Positions 29,733-42,424 of a stretch of 64,000 nucleotides of DNA are shown here, piece after piece (the first letter of the stretch is position 1; every line of letters starts with the position of its first letter). Made by a program: the position numbers and the translations under genes. The notes under the pieces were generated by a model. The model saw only the letters and a program-made list of their open reading frames with translations, was not told where the DNA came from and searched no databases. The DNA is from Eledone cirrhosa (Eukaryota): NCBI GenBank assembly GCA_964016885.1, contig OZ024748.1, positions 28,148,001 to 28,212,000 on the forward strand, written 5' to 3'.

Positions 29733-30439
29733 TTTTCTCTCTATCTCTCCCACTCTCTTTCTCTTTGGGTCTATTTAATTGTTCTTAATTGTATCACCCT
29801 CTCTTCCCACTCACTCTCTCTCTCCCACGCTCTCCCACTTCTTCTCTCTTTCCCTCTCCCCCACTGTCTCTTTCTCTTCCCCGCTCTCTCCCACTCCCCC
29901 TCCTCTCTCGCTCTATCTCTGTGTCTATCTTGCTGTTATCTCTATCACCATAGCCCACCTACCCACCCAACCACCCATCCCATACTTCCATCGTTGCTCA
30001 GGTTAACAGAAGAAACAAATATTCTTTGATTAAGAAATTATGCAAAAATATGAGTCACGACGTCTTTTAATTCTCATCCATTTTCCTTGATGCCAATTCT
30101 ACGTATCGGTGGCACCAATGTAAAAGACACGCACACATATATAATACATGGACACGTTCATGTAAACATACACACTCATATATACATTTACACACACACA
30201 CTCAACTATCTACATACAAGCACACTTTCACACCATTTATACATCATGCATACAAATACGCTAGATGCACACAAACACACACGCACAAACAAACAAAAAC
30301 AAAACAAATATACCACACACACACATCCACACACCACAACATACACAAACACACACATAAATCTACACATCAACCACACGCATATATAACACACACACAT
30401 TTACAAATATGCACACAGGACATCATATATACACGTGCA

Positions 30440-31860
30440 CATACACCACCACACCGTATCACACACCACCACCACCATCACACCACCACCACACCCCCAC
30501 CACCATCACACCACCACCACCATCACACCACCACCACCATCACACACCACCACCACCATCACACACCACCACCATCGCTCACCACCACTGTCACCCACCA
30601 CCACCACCATCACACACCACCACCACTACCACATACCAGCACCCGAACGACCAGCCAGCTAACTATCCAGCCAACTAACCACCAACAACCAGCCAGCCAA
30701 CCAGACAACTAACCCATCAACCAACAAGCCAACCACCAACCAACCAAACAACCAGCCAGCCAGATAACCACCAACCAACTAGGCAACCAGCCAGCCAATG
30801 AGCCATCCAACCAGACAACGAACTAACCAGCCAGCCAGCCAACCAGCCAACCAAACAACCAACCACCAACCAACCAACCAGCCAACCAACCACCCAGCCA
30901 ACCCACCAACCAGACAACCACGAGCCGACCAGCCAACCACCAACCACCAACCAACTAGGCAACCAACCAACCAATCAGACATCAACCAGCCAACTAACCA
31001 ACCAATCAACCAGTCAACCAACCAATCAGCCAAAACCAACCACCCATCCCACTAACCAGCCAACCAACCAATCAACCAAGCAGCCAACAAACCAACCAAC
31101 CAACGAGCCAGCCAACAATCAACGAGCCAATCAGCCAACCAAGCAGCCAAGCAGCCAACCAAACAGCCAGCCATCCAGCCAACCAACCAACCCACCAGCC
31201 AAACCACCAACCAGCCAACCAACCAGTCAACCAACCACCAACCAACCAGCCAACAACCAACCACCCAACCAACCAGCCAAACAACCAACCAGCCAAACAA
31301 CCAACCAACCAGCCAACCAACCAGCCAACCAGCAAAACCAGCCAACCAACCAACCAGCTAGCCAACCAACCAACCAGCCAACCAACCATCCAGCCAACCA
31401 ACCAACTGCCAACAAACGAACCAACCAACTAGCCAACCAACCAACGAGCCAACGAACCAACCAGCCAACCAACCAACCAGCCAACCACCCAACCAACCAA
31501 CCAGCCAACCAACCAACCAACCAGCCAACCACCCAACCAACCAACCAACCAGCCAACCAACCAACCAAACAGTCAACCAGCCAGCCAGCCAACCAGCCAA
31601 CCACCCAACCACCCAACCAGCCAACCAACCAACCAGCCAACCACCCAACCAACCAACCAGCCAACCAACCAGCCAGCTAGCCAACCAACCAGCCAACCAG
31701 CCACCCAACCAACCAACCAGCCAACCAACCACCCAACCAGCCAACCAACCACCCAGCCAACCACCCAACCAACCAACCAGCCAACCAACCAACCAACCAG
31801 CTAGCCAACCAACCAGCCAACCAACCAACCAACCAACCAGCCAGCCACCCAACCAGCCAC
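30440..31860. repeat. (CCA)n then (CCAA/CCAG)n microsatellite
   Basis: Direct reading. Confidence 0.9.
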
Positions 31861-32799
31861 ACGTTTCAATTGAAAATAAAAGAAAATAAAGCCATCTCTA
31901 TAAGTTAGCTGAAAATTTCGTCCTATTTGTCATCTAGAAAACTATACAACAAAATGGCTACACTCGGACGACATCGTCTTTCACCGTTGTTTTACTTTTT
32001 TTTTTTTTTTTTTTCACCATTTTTGTGGTTCGTTTCACGTGTTTTTTTCTTTTTCATCGTTTGTAGTTTGATTCAGGTTTTTGTACATTTTCTTTCGTTG
32101 TATCACATGTTTTTGTTGTTTTCTTGGTTTTGTTTCCTCGCCTTTTAAAGTCTTTTCTTTTAAAAAACTTTTCTTAACTCCTTTTTTTGCTTATTGTTTT
32201 TTTTGTGGCGTTTCTCTTTTTTGGTAAATTTTATAGAAAGAGACTTTTATTCTGTTTTATTAATTTATTTATTTTATGTTGTTTTTGTTGCTGTTTCACT
32301 TGCTGTTGCTATTGTGTGCTACAACTGTTGTTGTTAATGTCCTTGCTATCATCAGCCTCATCATCAACACCATTTATTATTATTATCATTAATATTATTA
32401 TCATTATTATTATTATTGTTGTTGTTGTTGTTGTTATTATTGTTGTTCTTCTTGTTCTTGTGTTTGTTGTTGTTGTCAATGTTGTTACTTTATTATTATG
32501 CAAATAGAGGAAAATGGTGGTGGTGGTGGTGGAGGTGGTGGTGGTGGTGGTGGTAGTTGTGGTGGCGGCGGCGGAGGCAGCGGAGGAGGGGGAGGGGAGG
32601 AGGAAATATAATTATTTATCGAGCTGCAAGGATGGAATGGAATTTAATGCAGATGAATATTGTTACTGTTTGTGGCGGCACAATTCCAGAAGGACAATAT
32701 TGCTCCAGCGTGGCCCGAACAAAAGAACAAAAATACTCAGGAAATGAAGGTATTATATCAACTTGCTTGTAGCAAACGATACATAAGCTGGCGGCGGCG

Positions 32800-33485
32800 G
32801 TGGTGGTGGGGGGGGGGGGGTCATGGTGGTGGTGGTTTGGGTGGTGGTGGTGGTGGTGGTGGGGTGGTGGTGGTCATGGTGGGGGGGGGGGGTTGTAACG
32901 GTGACAGTAGTGGTAGTGGTGGTGGTGGTGGTGGTGGTGGTGGTGGTGGTGGTGGTGGTGGTGGTAGTGGTGGTGGTGGGGGGGGGGGGGGGGGGGGGGG
33001 TCATGGTGGTGGTGGTGGTTTGGGTGGTGGTGGTGGTGGTGGGGTGGTGGTGGTCATGGTGGGGGGGGGGGGGGGGGGGGGTCGTAACGGTCACAGTAGT
33101 GGTAGTGGTGGTGGTGGTGGTGGTGGTAGTGGTGGTGTTTGTAACGGTGACAGCAGTGGTAGTGGTGGTGGTGGTGGTGGTGGTGGTGGTGGTGGTGTTT
33201 GTAACGGTGACAGCAGTGGTAGTGGTGGTGGTGGTGGTAGTGGTGGTGGTGGTGGTGGTGTTTGTAACGGTGACAGCAGTGGTAGTGGTGGTGGTGGTGG
33301 TGGTGGTGGTGTTTGTAACGGTGACAGCAGTGGTGGTGGTGGTGGTGGTGGTGGTGGTGTTTGTAACGGTGACAGCAGTGGTGGTGGTGGTGGTGGTGGT
33401 GGTGGTGGTGTTTGTAACGGTGACAGCAGTGGTGGTGGTGGTGGTGGTGGTGGTGGTGGTGGTGGTAGTGGTGGTGGTGGTGGTG
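32800..33485. repeat. (GGT)n/poly-G tract with a recurring GTAACGGTGACAGCAGT spacer (about 8 copies)
   Basis: Direct reading. Confidence 0.9.
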
Positions 33486-33586
33486 TTTGTTTGTGTGTTT
33501 CTATGCATGTATGTATGTATGTGTATATGTATCAATTTATTCATGCATGCATATACACAAACACATGCATACATGTAATATATATG

Positions 33587-33629
<43 letters not shown>

Positions 33630-33819
33630 GTGTCTGTATATATATATACCGTATATATATATATATTTGTGTGTGTATATACACATAAATATATATATAT
33701 AAATGTATACAGAAATGAAGTTTGTCGCTGAGCGTAGCTCGATGAAGTCACGGCACTCCATGTTTACCGAATTTATTGGAGAGTGGACAAGATAGAGGTG
33801 GGCAGGGGGGGTTGGATGG

Positions 33820-36110
33820 CTGGGTGAGGATAGGTGGGTAAGGTAGGCAGGGGGCTGAGGATAGGTGGGTAAGGTAGGCAGGGGGGCGGTGAGGATAGGT
33901 GGGTAAGGTAGGCAGGGGGGTGAGGATAGGTGGGTAAGGTAGGCAGGGGGCGGTGAGGATAGGTGGGTAAGGTAGGCAGGGGGGTGAGGATAGGTGGGTA
34001 AGGTAGGCAGGGGGGTGAGGATAGGTGGGTAAGGTAGGCAGGGGGGTGAGGAATTGTGGGTAAGGTAGGCAGGGGGGTGAGGATAGGTGAGTAAGGTAGG
34101 CAGGGGGGTGACGATAGGTGGGTAAGGTAGGCAGGGGGGTGAGGATAGATGGGTAAGGTAGGCAGGGGGGCGGTGAGGATAGGTGGGTAAGGTAGGCAGG
34201 GGGGTGAGGATAGGTGGGTAAGGTAGGCAGGGGGGCGGTGAGGATAGGTGGGTAAGGTAGGCAGGGGGGTGAGGATAGGTGGGTAAGGTAGGCAGGGGGT
34301 GAGGATAGGTGGGTAAGGTAGGCAGGGGGCGGTGAGGATAGGTGGGTAAGGTAGACAGGGGGTAGGGGGGATAGTTGGTGGTTATGGTAGGCAGGTGGAG
34401 GGGTGGGGATAGGTGGGTAAGGTAGGCAGGTGGAGGTGAGGATAGGTGGGTAAGGAAGGCAGGTGGGGGCGGTGAGGATAGATGGGTAAGGTAGGCAGGT
34501 GGCGGGTGAGGATAGGTGGGTAAGGTAGGCAGGTGGAGGGGGTGAGGAAAGGTGGGTAAGGTAGGCAGGGGGCGGTGAGGATAGATGGGTAAGCTAGGCA
34601 GGTGGCGGGTGAGGATAGGTGGGTAAGGTAGGCAGGTGGAGGGGTGGGGATAGGTGGGTAAGGTAGGCAGGGGGAGGTGAGGATAGATGGGTAAGGTAGG
34701 CAGGTGGCGGGTGAGGATAGGTGGGTAAGGTAGGCAGGTGGAGGGGTGGGGATAGGTGGGTAAGGTAGGCAGGTGGAGGTGGTGAGGAAAGGTGGGTAAG
34801 GAAGGCAGGTGGGGGCGGTGAGGATAGATGGGTAAGGTAGGCAGGTGGCGGGTGTGGATAGGTGGGTAAGGTAGGCAGGTGGAGGGGGTGAGGATAGTTG
34901 GGTAAGGTAGGCAGGTGGAGGGGGTGAGGAAAGGTGGGTAAGGAAGGCAGGTGGGGGCGGTGAGGATAGATGGGTAAGGTAGGCAGGTGGCGGGTGAGGA
35001 TAGGTGGGTAAGGTAGGCAGGTGGAGGGGGTGAGGAAAGGTGGGTAAGGAAGGCAGGTGGGGGCGGTGAGGATAGATGGGTAAGGTAGGCAGGTGGCGGG
35101 TGAGGATAGGTGGGTAAGGTAGGCAGGTGGAGGGGTGGGGATAGGTGGGTAAGGTAGGCAGGTGGAGGGGGTGAGGAAAGGTGGGTAAGGAAGGCAGGTG
35201 GGGGCGGTGAGGATAGATGGGTAAGGTAGGCAGGTGGCGGGTGAGGATAGGTGGGTAAGGTAAGCAGGGGGGAGGTGAGGATAGGTGGGTAAGGTAGGCA
35301 GGTGGAGGGGGTGAGGAAAGGTGGGTAAGGAAGGCAGGTGGGGGCGGTGAGGATAGATGGGTATGGTAGGCAGGTGGCGGGTGAGGATAGGTGGGTAAGG
35401 TAGGCAGGTGGAGGGGTGGGGATAGGTGGGTAAGGTAAGCAGGGGGGAGGTGAGGATAGGTGGGTAAGGTAGGCAGGTGGAGGGGGTGAGGAAAGGTGGG
35501 TAAGGAAGGCAGGTGGGGGCGGTGAGGATAGATGGGTAAGGTAGGCAGGTGGCGGGTGAGGATAGGTGGGTAAGGTAGGCAGGTGGAGGGGTGAGGATAG
35601 GTGGGTAAGGTAAGCAGGGGGGAGGTGAGGATAGGTGGGTAAGGTAGGCAGGTGGAGGGGGTGAGGAAAGGTGGGTAAGGAAGGCAGGTGGGGGCGGTGA
35701 GGATAGATGGGTAAGGTAGGCAGGTGGCGGGTGAGGATAGGTGGGTAAGGTAGGCAGGTGGATGGGTGGGGATAGGTGGGTAAGGTAAGCAGGGGGAGGT
35801 GAGGATAGGTGGGTAAGGTAGGCAGGTGGAGGGGGTGAGGAAAGGTGGGTAAGGAAGGCAGGTGGGGGCGGTGAGGATAGATGGGTAAGGTAGGCAGGTG
35901 GCGGGTGAGGATAGGTGGGTAAGGTAGGCAGGTGGAGGGGTGGGGATAGGTGGGTAAGGTAAGCAGGGGGGAGGTGAGGATAGGTGGATAGGTGGGTAAG
36001 GTAGGCAGGTGGAGGGGGTGAGGATAGTTGGGTAAGGTAGGCAGGTGGAGGGTGAGGATAGTTGGGTAAGGTAGGCAGGTGGGGGGAGGGGAGGTGGGTA
36101 TTCTTGTAGG
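33820..36110. repeat. G-rich minisatellite, 30-36-bp unit GAGGATAGGTGGGTAAGGTAGGCAGG(TGG)..., with a ~175-bp higher-order repeat in the right half
   Basis: Variant taagcagggg recurs at 35261, 35436, 35611, 35786 and 35960. Confidence 0.95.
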
Positions 36111-36539
36111 TGGGTAGTTGGTGGTTTGAGGGTGGAAAGTAAGTGGGTATGTATAGCTTTGGACGTGACTGAATGAATTGAAGAATGAAAACAGGAGGCA
36201 AAGAGGGGAGGAAGAGGGGGAGGGGAAGGGGAAAAAAGAAGGCGAAGGCGGGAGGGAGAAGAAGAAGAAGAATAAGAAGGAGACATGAGAATGTAGATTT
36301 GTTGTACATCTTGTGTGTGTATGTATGTGCATATGTGTGTGTCCGTAAAAGTGTGTGCGCATGTGTGTATGTCCATGTGTGGGTTATGTGTATGAGTGCG
36401 AGTGTGTGTGTGTCTGTGCGTGTGTCTGTGTGTGCGCGTGTGTATGTGTGAATGGGTGTGTTTCTCTATGTGTGTACTCGTGTGTTTTGTCCGTATATGA
36501 GTGGGTGAATGTGTGTGTGTGTGGGGGGGGGGGGGTTAT

Positions 36540-37010
36540 TAGTGTATATGTATGTATGTGTGTGTATGTATGTGTATGTATGTATGTGTACGTATGTATG
36601 TGTGTATATGTATGTATGTGTGTGTATGTATGTGTTTGTATGTATGTGTGTGTATGTATGTGTGTGTATGTATGTGTGTGTATGTATGTGTGTATATGTA
36701 TGTGTTTTTGAATGTATGTGTATGTATGTATGTGTGTGTATGTATGTGTGTATGTATGTGTGTATATATGTGTTTGTATGTATGTGTGTATATGTATGTG
36801 TTTGTATGTATGTGTGTATATGTATGTGTATGTATGTATGGGTGTGTATGTATGTATGTGTGTGTATGTATGTGTGTGTATGTATGTATGTATGTATGTA
36901 TGTATGTGTGTGTATGTATGTGTGTGTATGTATGTATGTATGTATGTATGTATGTATGTATGTATGTGTGTGTATGTATGTGTTTGTATGTATGTGTATA
37001 TGTGTGTATG
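36540..37010. repeat. (TATG)/(TG) compound microsatellite
   Basis: Direct reading. Confidence 0.9.
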
Positions 37011-37122
37011 TTCACGCGAATCCCTTTCGGCAGACACTTGTCGTATGAAGGATGCGGGCATTAAGTAAGAAGTGGGAAGGGGAGGAGGGTTTAAATAGGA
37101 TTAGTGTCAAGGTGTGTGGCGA

Positions 37123-37216
<94 letters not shown>

Positions 37217-37384
37217 TATTGGTGTAGGCAGGGAGGGGTGGAAGAAGAAGAAGAAGGTAAACATTAAGAATGGGAAGCGATGAATTAAAAACAACGGCGT
37301 TAATAACAATATAGAGATACTGAGATACACGTGAGTCTTGTGTAATTTCAACGTGTGTTTGGATATGTATGTGTATGTGTGTGG

Positions 37385-38514
37385 GTAGTGTAGTGTAGTG
37401 TAGTGTAGTGTAGTGTAGTGTAGTGTAGTGTAGTGTAGTGTAGTGTAGTGTAGTGTAGTGTAGTGTAGTGTAGTGTAGTGTAGTGTAGTGTAGTGTAGTG
37501 TAGTGTAGTGTAGTGTATTGTAGTGTAGTGTAGTGTAGTGTAGTGTAGTGTAGTGTAGTGTAGTGTAGTGTAGTGTGTAGTGTAGTGTAGCGTAGTGTAG
37601 TGTAGTGTAGTGTAGTGTGTGTAGTGTAGTGTAGTGTAGTGTAATGTAGTGTAGTGTAGTGTAGTGTAGTGTAGTGTGTGTAGTGTAGTGTAATGTAGTG
37701 TAGTGTAGTGTGTAGTGTAGTGTAGCGTAGTGTAGTGTAGTGTGTGTAGTGTAGTGTAGTGTAGTGTAGTGTAGTGTAGTGTAGTGTAGTGTAGTGTAGT
37801 GTAGTGTGTGTAGTGTAGTGTAGTGTAGTGTAGTGTAGTGTGTAGTGTAGTGTGTAGTGTAGTGTAGTGTAGTGTAGTGTAGTGTAGTGTAGTGTAGTGT
37901 AGTGTAGTGTAATGTAGTGTAGTGTAGTGTAGTGTAGTGTAGTGTAGTGTAGTGTAGTGTAGTGTAGTGTAATGTAGTGTAGTGTAGTGTAGTGTAGTGT
38001 AGTGTAGTGTAGTGTAGTGTAGTGTAGTGTAGTGTAATGTAGTGTAGTGTAGTGTAGTGTAGTGTAGTGTAATGTAGTGTAGTGTAGTGTAATGTAGTGT
38101 AGTGTAGTGTAGTGTAGTGTAATGTAGTGTAGTGTAGTGTAGTGTAGTGTAGTGTAGTGTAATGTAGTGTAGTGTAGTGTAGTGTAGTGTAGTGTAGTGT
38201 AGTGTAGTGTAGTGTAGTGTAGTGTAGTGTAGTGTAGTGTAGTGTAGTGTAGTGTAGTGTGTGTAGTGTAGTGTAGTGTAGTGTAGTGTAGTGTAGTGTA
38301 GTGTGTAGTGTAGTGTAGTGTGTAGTGTAGTGTAGTGTAGTGTAGTGTAGTGTAGTGTAGTGTAGTGTAGTGTAGTGTAGTGTAGTGTAGTGTGTAGTGT
38401 AGTGTAGTGTAGTGTGTAGTGTAGTGTAGTGTAGTGTAGTGTAGTGTAGTGTAGTGTGTAGTGTAGTGTAGTGTAGTGTAGTGTAGTGTAGTGTAGTGTA
38501 GTGTAGTGTAGTGT
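37385..38514. repeat. (GTGTA)n pentamer satellite
   Basis: Direct reading. Confidence 0.98.
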
Positions 38515-39151
38515 ATAAAAGAAGACTAATTACAACAGGCATGAATATTCTAAAACTAGTTAAAGGAAAATATACTTGACGGTGATGATGATGGTGATGA
38601 TGATGACGACAACGATGATGATGATGATGATGACCACAAACACGACAATGATGATGCTGAGGGCGACAACGATGATGGTGGTGATGATGATAATGATGAT
38701 GACAATGATGATGATATGATGACAATGATGGTTATGAGGACGGCGGCGGTGATGGACAACCATTGCTTTTGACAAACATGTGAAATGTTAATATACACAG
38801 CTCCTCTCCATTTTTTCAATACTATTCCTATCCCAGCCCCACTCACATCCCAATTACTTTCTCTCTCTATCTCCTCCCTCTTTCTCATTATATCTATCTA
38901 TATCTCTCTTATCCTCCTATTTCTCACTCTATCTCTATATTTCCTCCCCCCCCCCCTTCTCTCTCTCTCTCTCTCTCTTTCTTTCTCTCTCTCTCGCCAC
39001 TACTCATCCTCTAACTACTAATCCTATTTTAAACCCTTACTGTTTGCTCAACACACGCATTATCCAACTTCTATTGAAGTACGCATGCATGGACACGTAA
39101 GTACACACACACGCGCACACACGCACTCACACACACACACAGAGAGACACA

Positions 39152-39248
<97 letters not shown>

Positions 39249-39250
39249 AC

Positions 39251-39292
<42 letters not shown>

Positions 39293-39458
39293 GTGTGTGT
39301 GTATATATGTGTATGTGTGTATGTATTTATGTATATATGTGTGTATGCATGTATATGTGTATATATAGGAAATGTCAACGAGGAAAAACAACACTGGAGA
39401 ATAATACAGTACAATCATGATAAATATTAGTTTAACGTTCGATGTTGTAGGAAAGGAG

Positions 39459-39494
39459 TCTTGATGTTTCGGACGTTAGGTCTTCTTCGGAAGA
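39459..39494 (-). ncRNA. Degenerate minimal hammerhead motif
   Basis: tctt-CCGAAGA-agac ctaac gtcc-GAAA-CA-TC-aaga; stem III probably decayed from ACGT. Confidence 0.4.
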
Positions 39495-40167
39495 TAGAAT
39501 GATAGATAGAAGAAAAAAGAAAAAGATAGACGAGAATAAGAAGAGGAAGAAACAGGAAAAAAGATTTACAGGACTAAAGCATCTGCATGTTTAGTCAGAC
39601 ATTTTGGACAAGTGCGGATATATATACATATATATATACAGATATATGTAGACACCCACTCAAACTCACACACATACATACACACGTACATAAATATATA
39701 CATACATATATGCATACATACATACATGCACACACAACAAACACACCCTCACACCCACCCAGATATACATGTATGATGAAAATGAACGAAAGATGTAAAC
39801 GAGGCTCATATATGATATCAGTCACGTGGGTTCATATTACGAATTCTTTTAGGAATTCTTAGACGTCTACCTATGCTTGTGGTGCAAGGGTAACTTTATA
39901 CACACACATATCAGCAAGAAAAGTTCAAATAGACTTTTATTTATGTTGACACTTATATCAATTATATTGTTAACATATGTTATACAGAAACTTATTGCCG
40001 TATTTAAGAGAATGTTTGGCTTTTCGCAACAGCTACAGTAAACCATGTTAACTCTAATATACATATTTCTTTTATGAGGGGTCGGGATAACGTAGAGCAG
40101 GGAGAATATCTCTAATGATTTAAATTGATAATTACTTTACCAGATTTGAAAGATAATCTAGTTTATG

Positions 40168-40258
<91 letters not shown>

Positions 40259-40497
40259 CTATCTATCTATCTATCTCTCTCTCTTTCTGTCTGACGTGTG
40301 GAACATCGCCGGTAAGCTTTTTTGTTAATTTCTATGCAAAAAACCGATCTAATTGTTTGAAAATACACAACACTTTGTAGATTAACCCCCAAGCTGAATT
40401 GTCAGCTGGGTGGTAATCCCATTTTTCGCCCCTGTAGGGGCGAAAATTTTATTTTAAAAATTTGTTTTAAAATATCAGATTTTACAAAGTAAATAAC

Positions 40498-42383
40498 TTG
40501 AGCAACACAAGAACGCTGGAGAACGTTAATAGAGAAAAGAGAGAGAAAGAGGCAGATATTAACGTTATATCTGCTTCTCCTACTATGGACGTCGCCATAG
40601 ATACAACTGTCACAAAAGAAAAAAATATATTAACACTTGAAAATTTTAAAATTTCTACCGTTGAAGCGGAGAAAAATAACAATAACACACAGGAAAACAT
40701 AGGAATTAAGCACATTGACATACATACACATGAAAAAGACATCAACAACTTTACAGATACAGATACACATAAAGTTTCACCTCGACAAGGAACTGAGATT
40801 TCCAACAACGATAACAACAACATCAACAGCAACACCACACAAAAAAAGAAAATGTCTTTCGCTGAAACAGTGAACAAAAAACAAGATTTTATAAATCTTG
40901 ATATCTCCAACGCAAGAGATATGCTCCGGCAAGGGAGAAAATTTGTAACTTTCGAAGAAAGAGGTGGGTTTAGAATTAACTCACCCCTTGAAATAAAGGA
41001 AGACACAATCCGCAGATTAGTCACTTTTAGGACTGTGTCAAATTCGACAAGAAAGCCGACATTTGTTAATCAAGCAGATATAGAAGATACTTTCAAGGAA
41101 ATTCTAGCAAATGTCGATTTTCTCCAGCGAGGAAAACAGTACGGAAGTGTTTCCGTACTGTTTAAAAGCGAGGCACTCGCCCCAAAAAACTCTGTGACAC
41201 CAATAGTGTCAAAAGCATACACCTTTTTCCCTACATACATGGGGAAAAGGACACAAAAAATAAAAATAAAAAACATACCTCCAAACATTAACATCTGGTG
41301 GATCTTGGCTGGCTTCGTAGAGCCAGAAACAGACATGATACTTTCAATACGAAAATCTATTCGACAAAGGTGGGCGGGCACAGATTTGGAGATTCTGTTG
41401 CAAATGAAACCGGAGAGAATCTCCAAAATACCCGAAAGAGTCGTAATAACAACAAAATAAACATTTCGGTAGAAGGACGAAAATTTCATTGCTTTCGCTG
41501 TGGTAGCACAGCTCACCTAAAAGCCTCTTGTCCACAAACACACAACAACAACATCACAAAAAAAACGCTATTACCAACACCAAAACAACCACCACCACCA
41601 CAAGTACAGCGACAGACGAAACGAGCAACCACACCAAAACAAACAGACACTCAACCAACAACAACAGAAAAAACAGAGACAACACCCCTGAAGAACACAT
41701 CCCCACTCCATCCCACTCCATCAAACACTACCACAAACACACATACCGAAACACCACCACCACACAACATACCCTTACCCCACACACCTGACGATGATTA
41801 TTCATCGACGGATGAAGCTGCTTCTCCTTCTTTAAGTGAAGAAGAGGGAGGACCGCGGGAATCTAAAAAACAAAAGAAGAGACACCACAAAACCCCCAAA
41901 ACTCCAATCACCAACACCAACACACAACCACAGACACAAACAACAACACAAACAACACCACAGTCAAACATCCCCCTATCAGCAAAACCAGCACCAACAC
42001 CACCCCAAACACAAGCACCCACCATAAAAAGAAAACTCCCGGATGAACAACAAACTAAAACAACACAACAAAAACACAAACAACAATACGCATACATCAA
42101 CACAAACAACAAGAGTTTGATGGAGGTCATCTCCCAAAACCCCAAGGTGGAGACGGAGGGCAAAACTTTCGTCAAGGCAGAATCGTCTCCACACCTTAAA
42201 CTTATAAGGGTTTCTATGGAAACCTATAAAGACCTAAAAATTAAATTTTCACAGGACGTGGGCAACCCCTGCCACAAACCCATCAACCGCGTCCTGTTAA
42301 AATGTTTCCCCACCCCACCCAACACCCCATCCAGCACCCAAATGGAGATTGAACAACCCGATCTCCAGGAAACGAAAAGGTAA
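40498..42383 (+). pseudogene. LINE ORF1 (CCHC zinc knuckle), frameshift near 41455
   Basis: ORFs 40498-41460 and 41298-42383 join; CFRCGSTAHLKASC; low-complexity T/P/Q tail. Confidence 0.8.
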
Positions 42384-42424
42384 GTGCACCTTTCGTTCTT
42401 TTTCTCCAACTTTTCTTCACCAAC

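Noticed and set aside
32660-33751. Gly-rich or Thr-rich structural protein
   Set aside because: (GGT)n translation artefact running into (TA)n
33537-36376. 571-941-aa proline-rich ORFs
   Set aside because: Open in all three minus frames because of the C-rich repeat; ends lie in microsatellites
37091-38725. 544-aa TTLHY ORF
   Set aside because: Translation of (GTGTA)n
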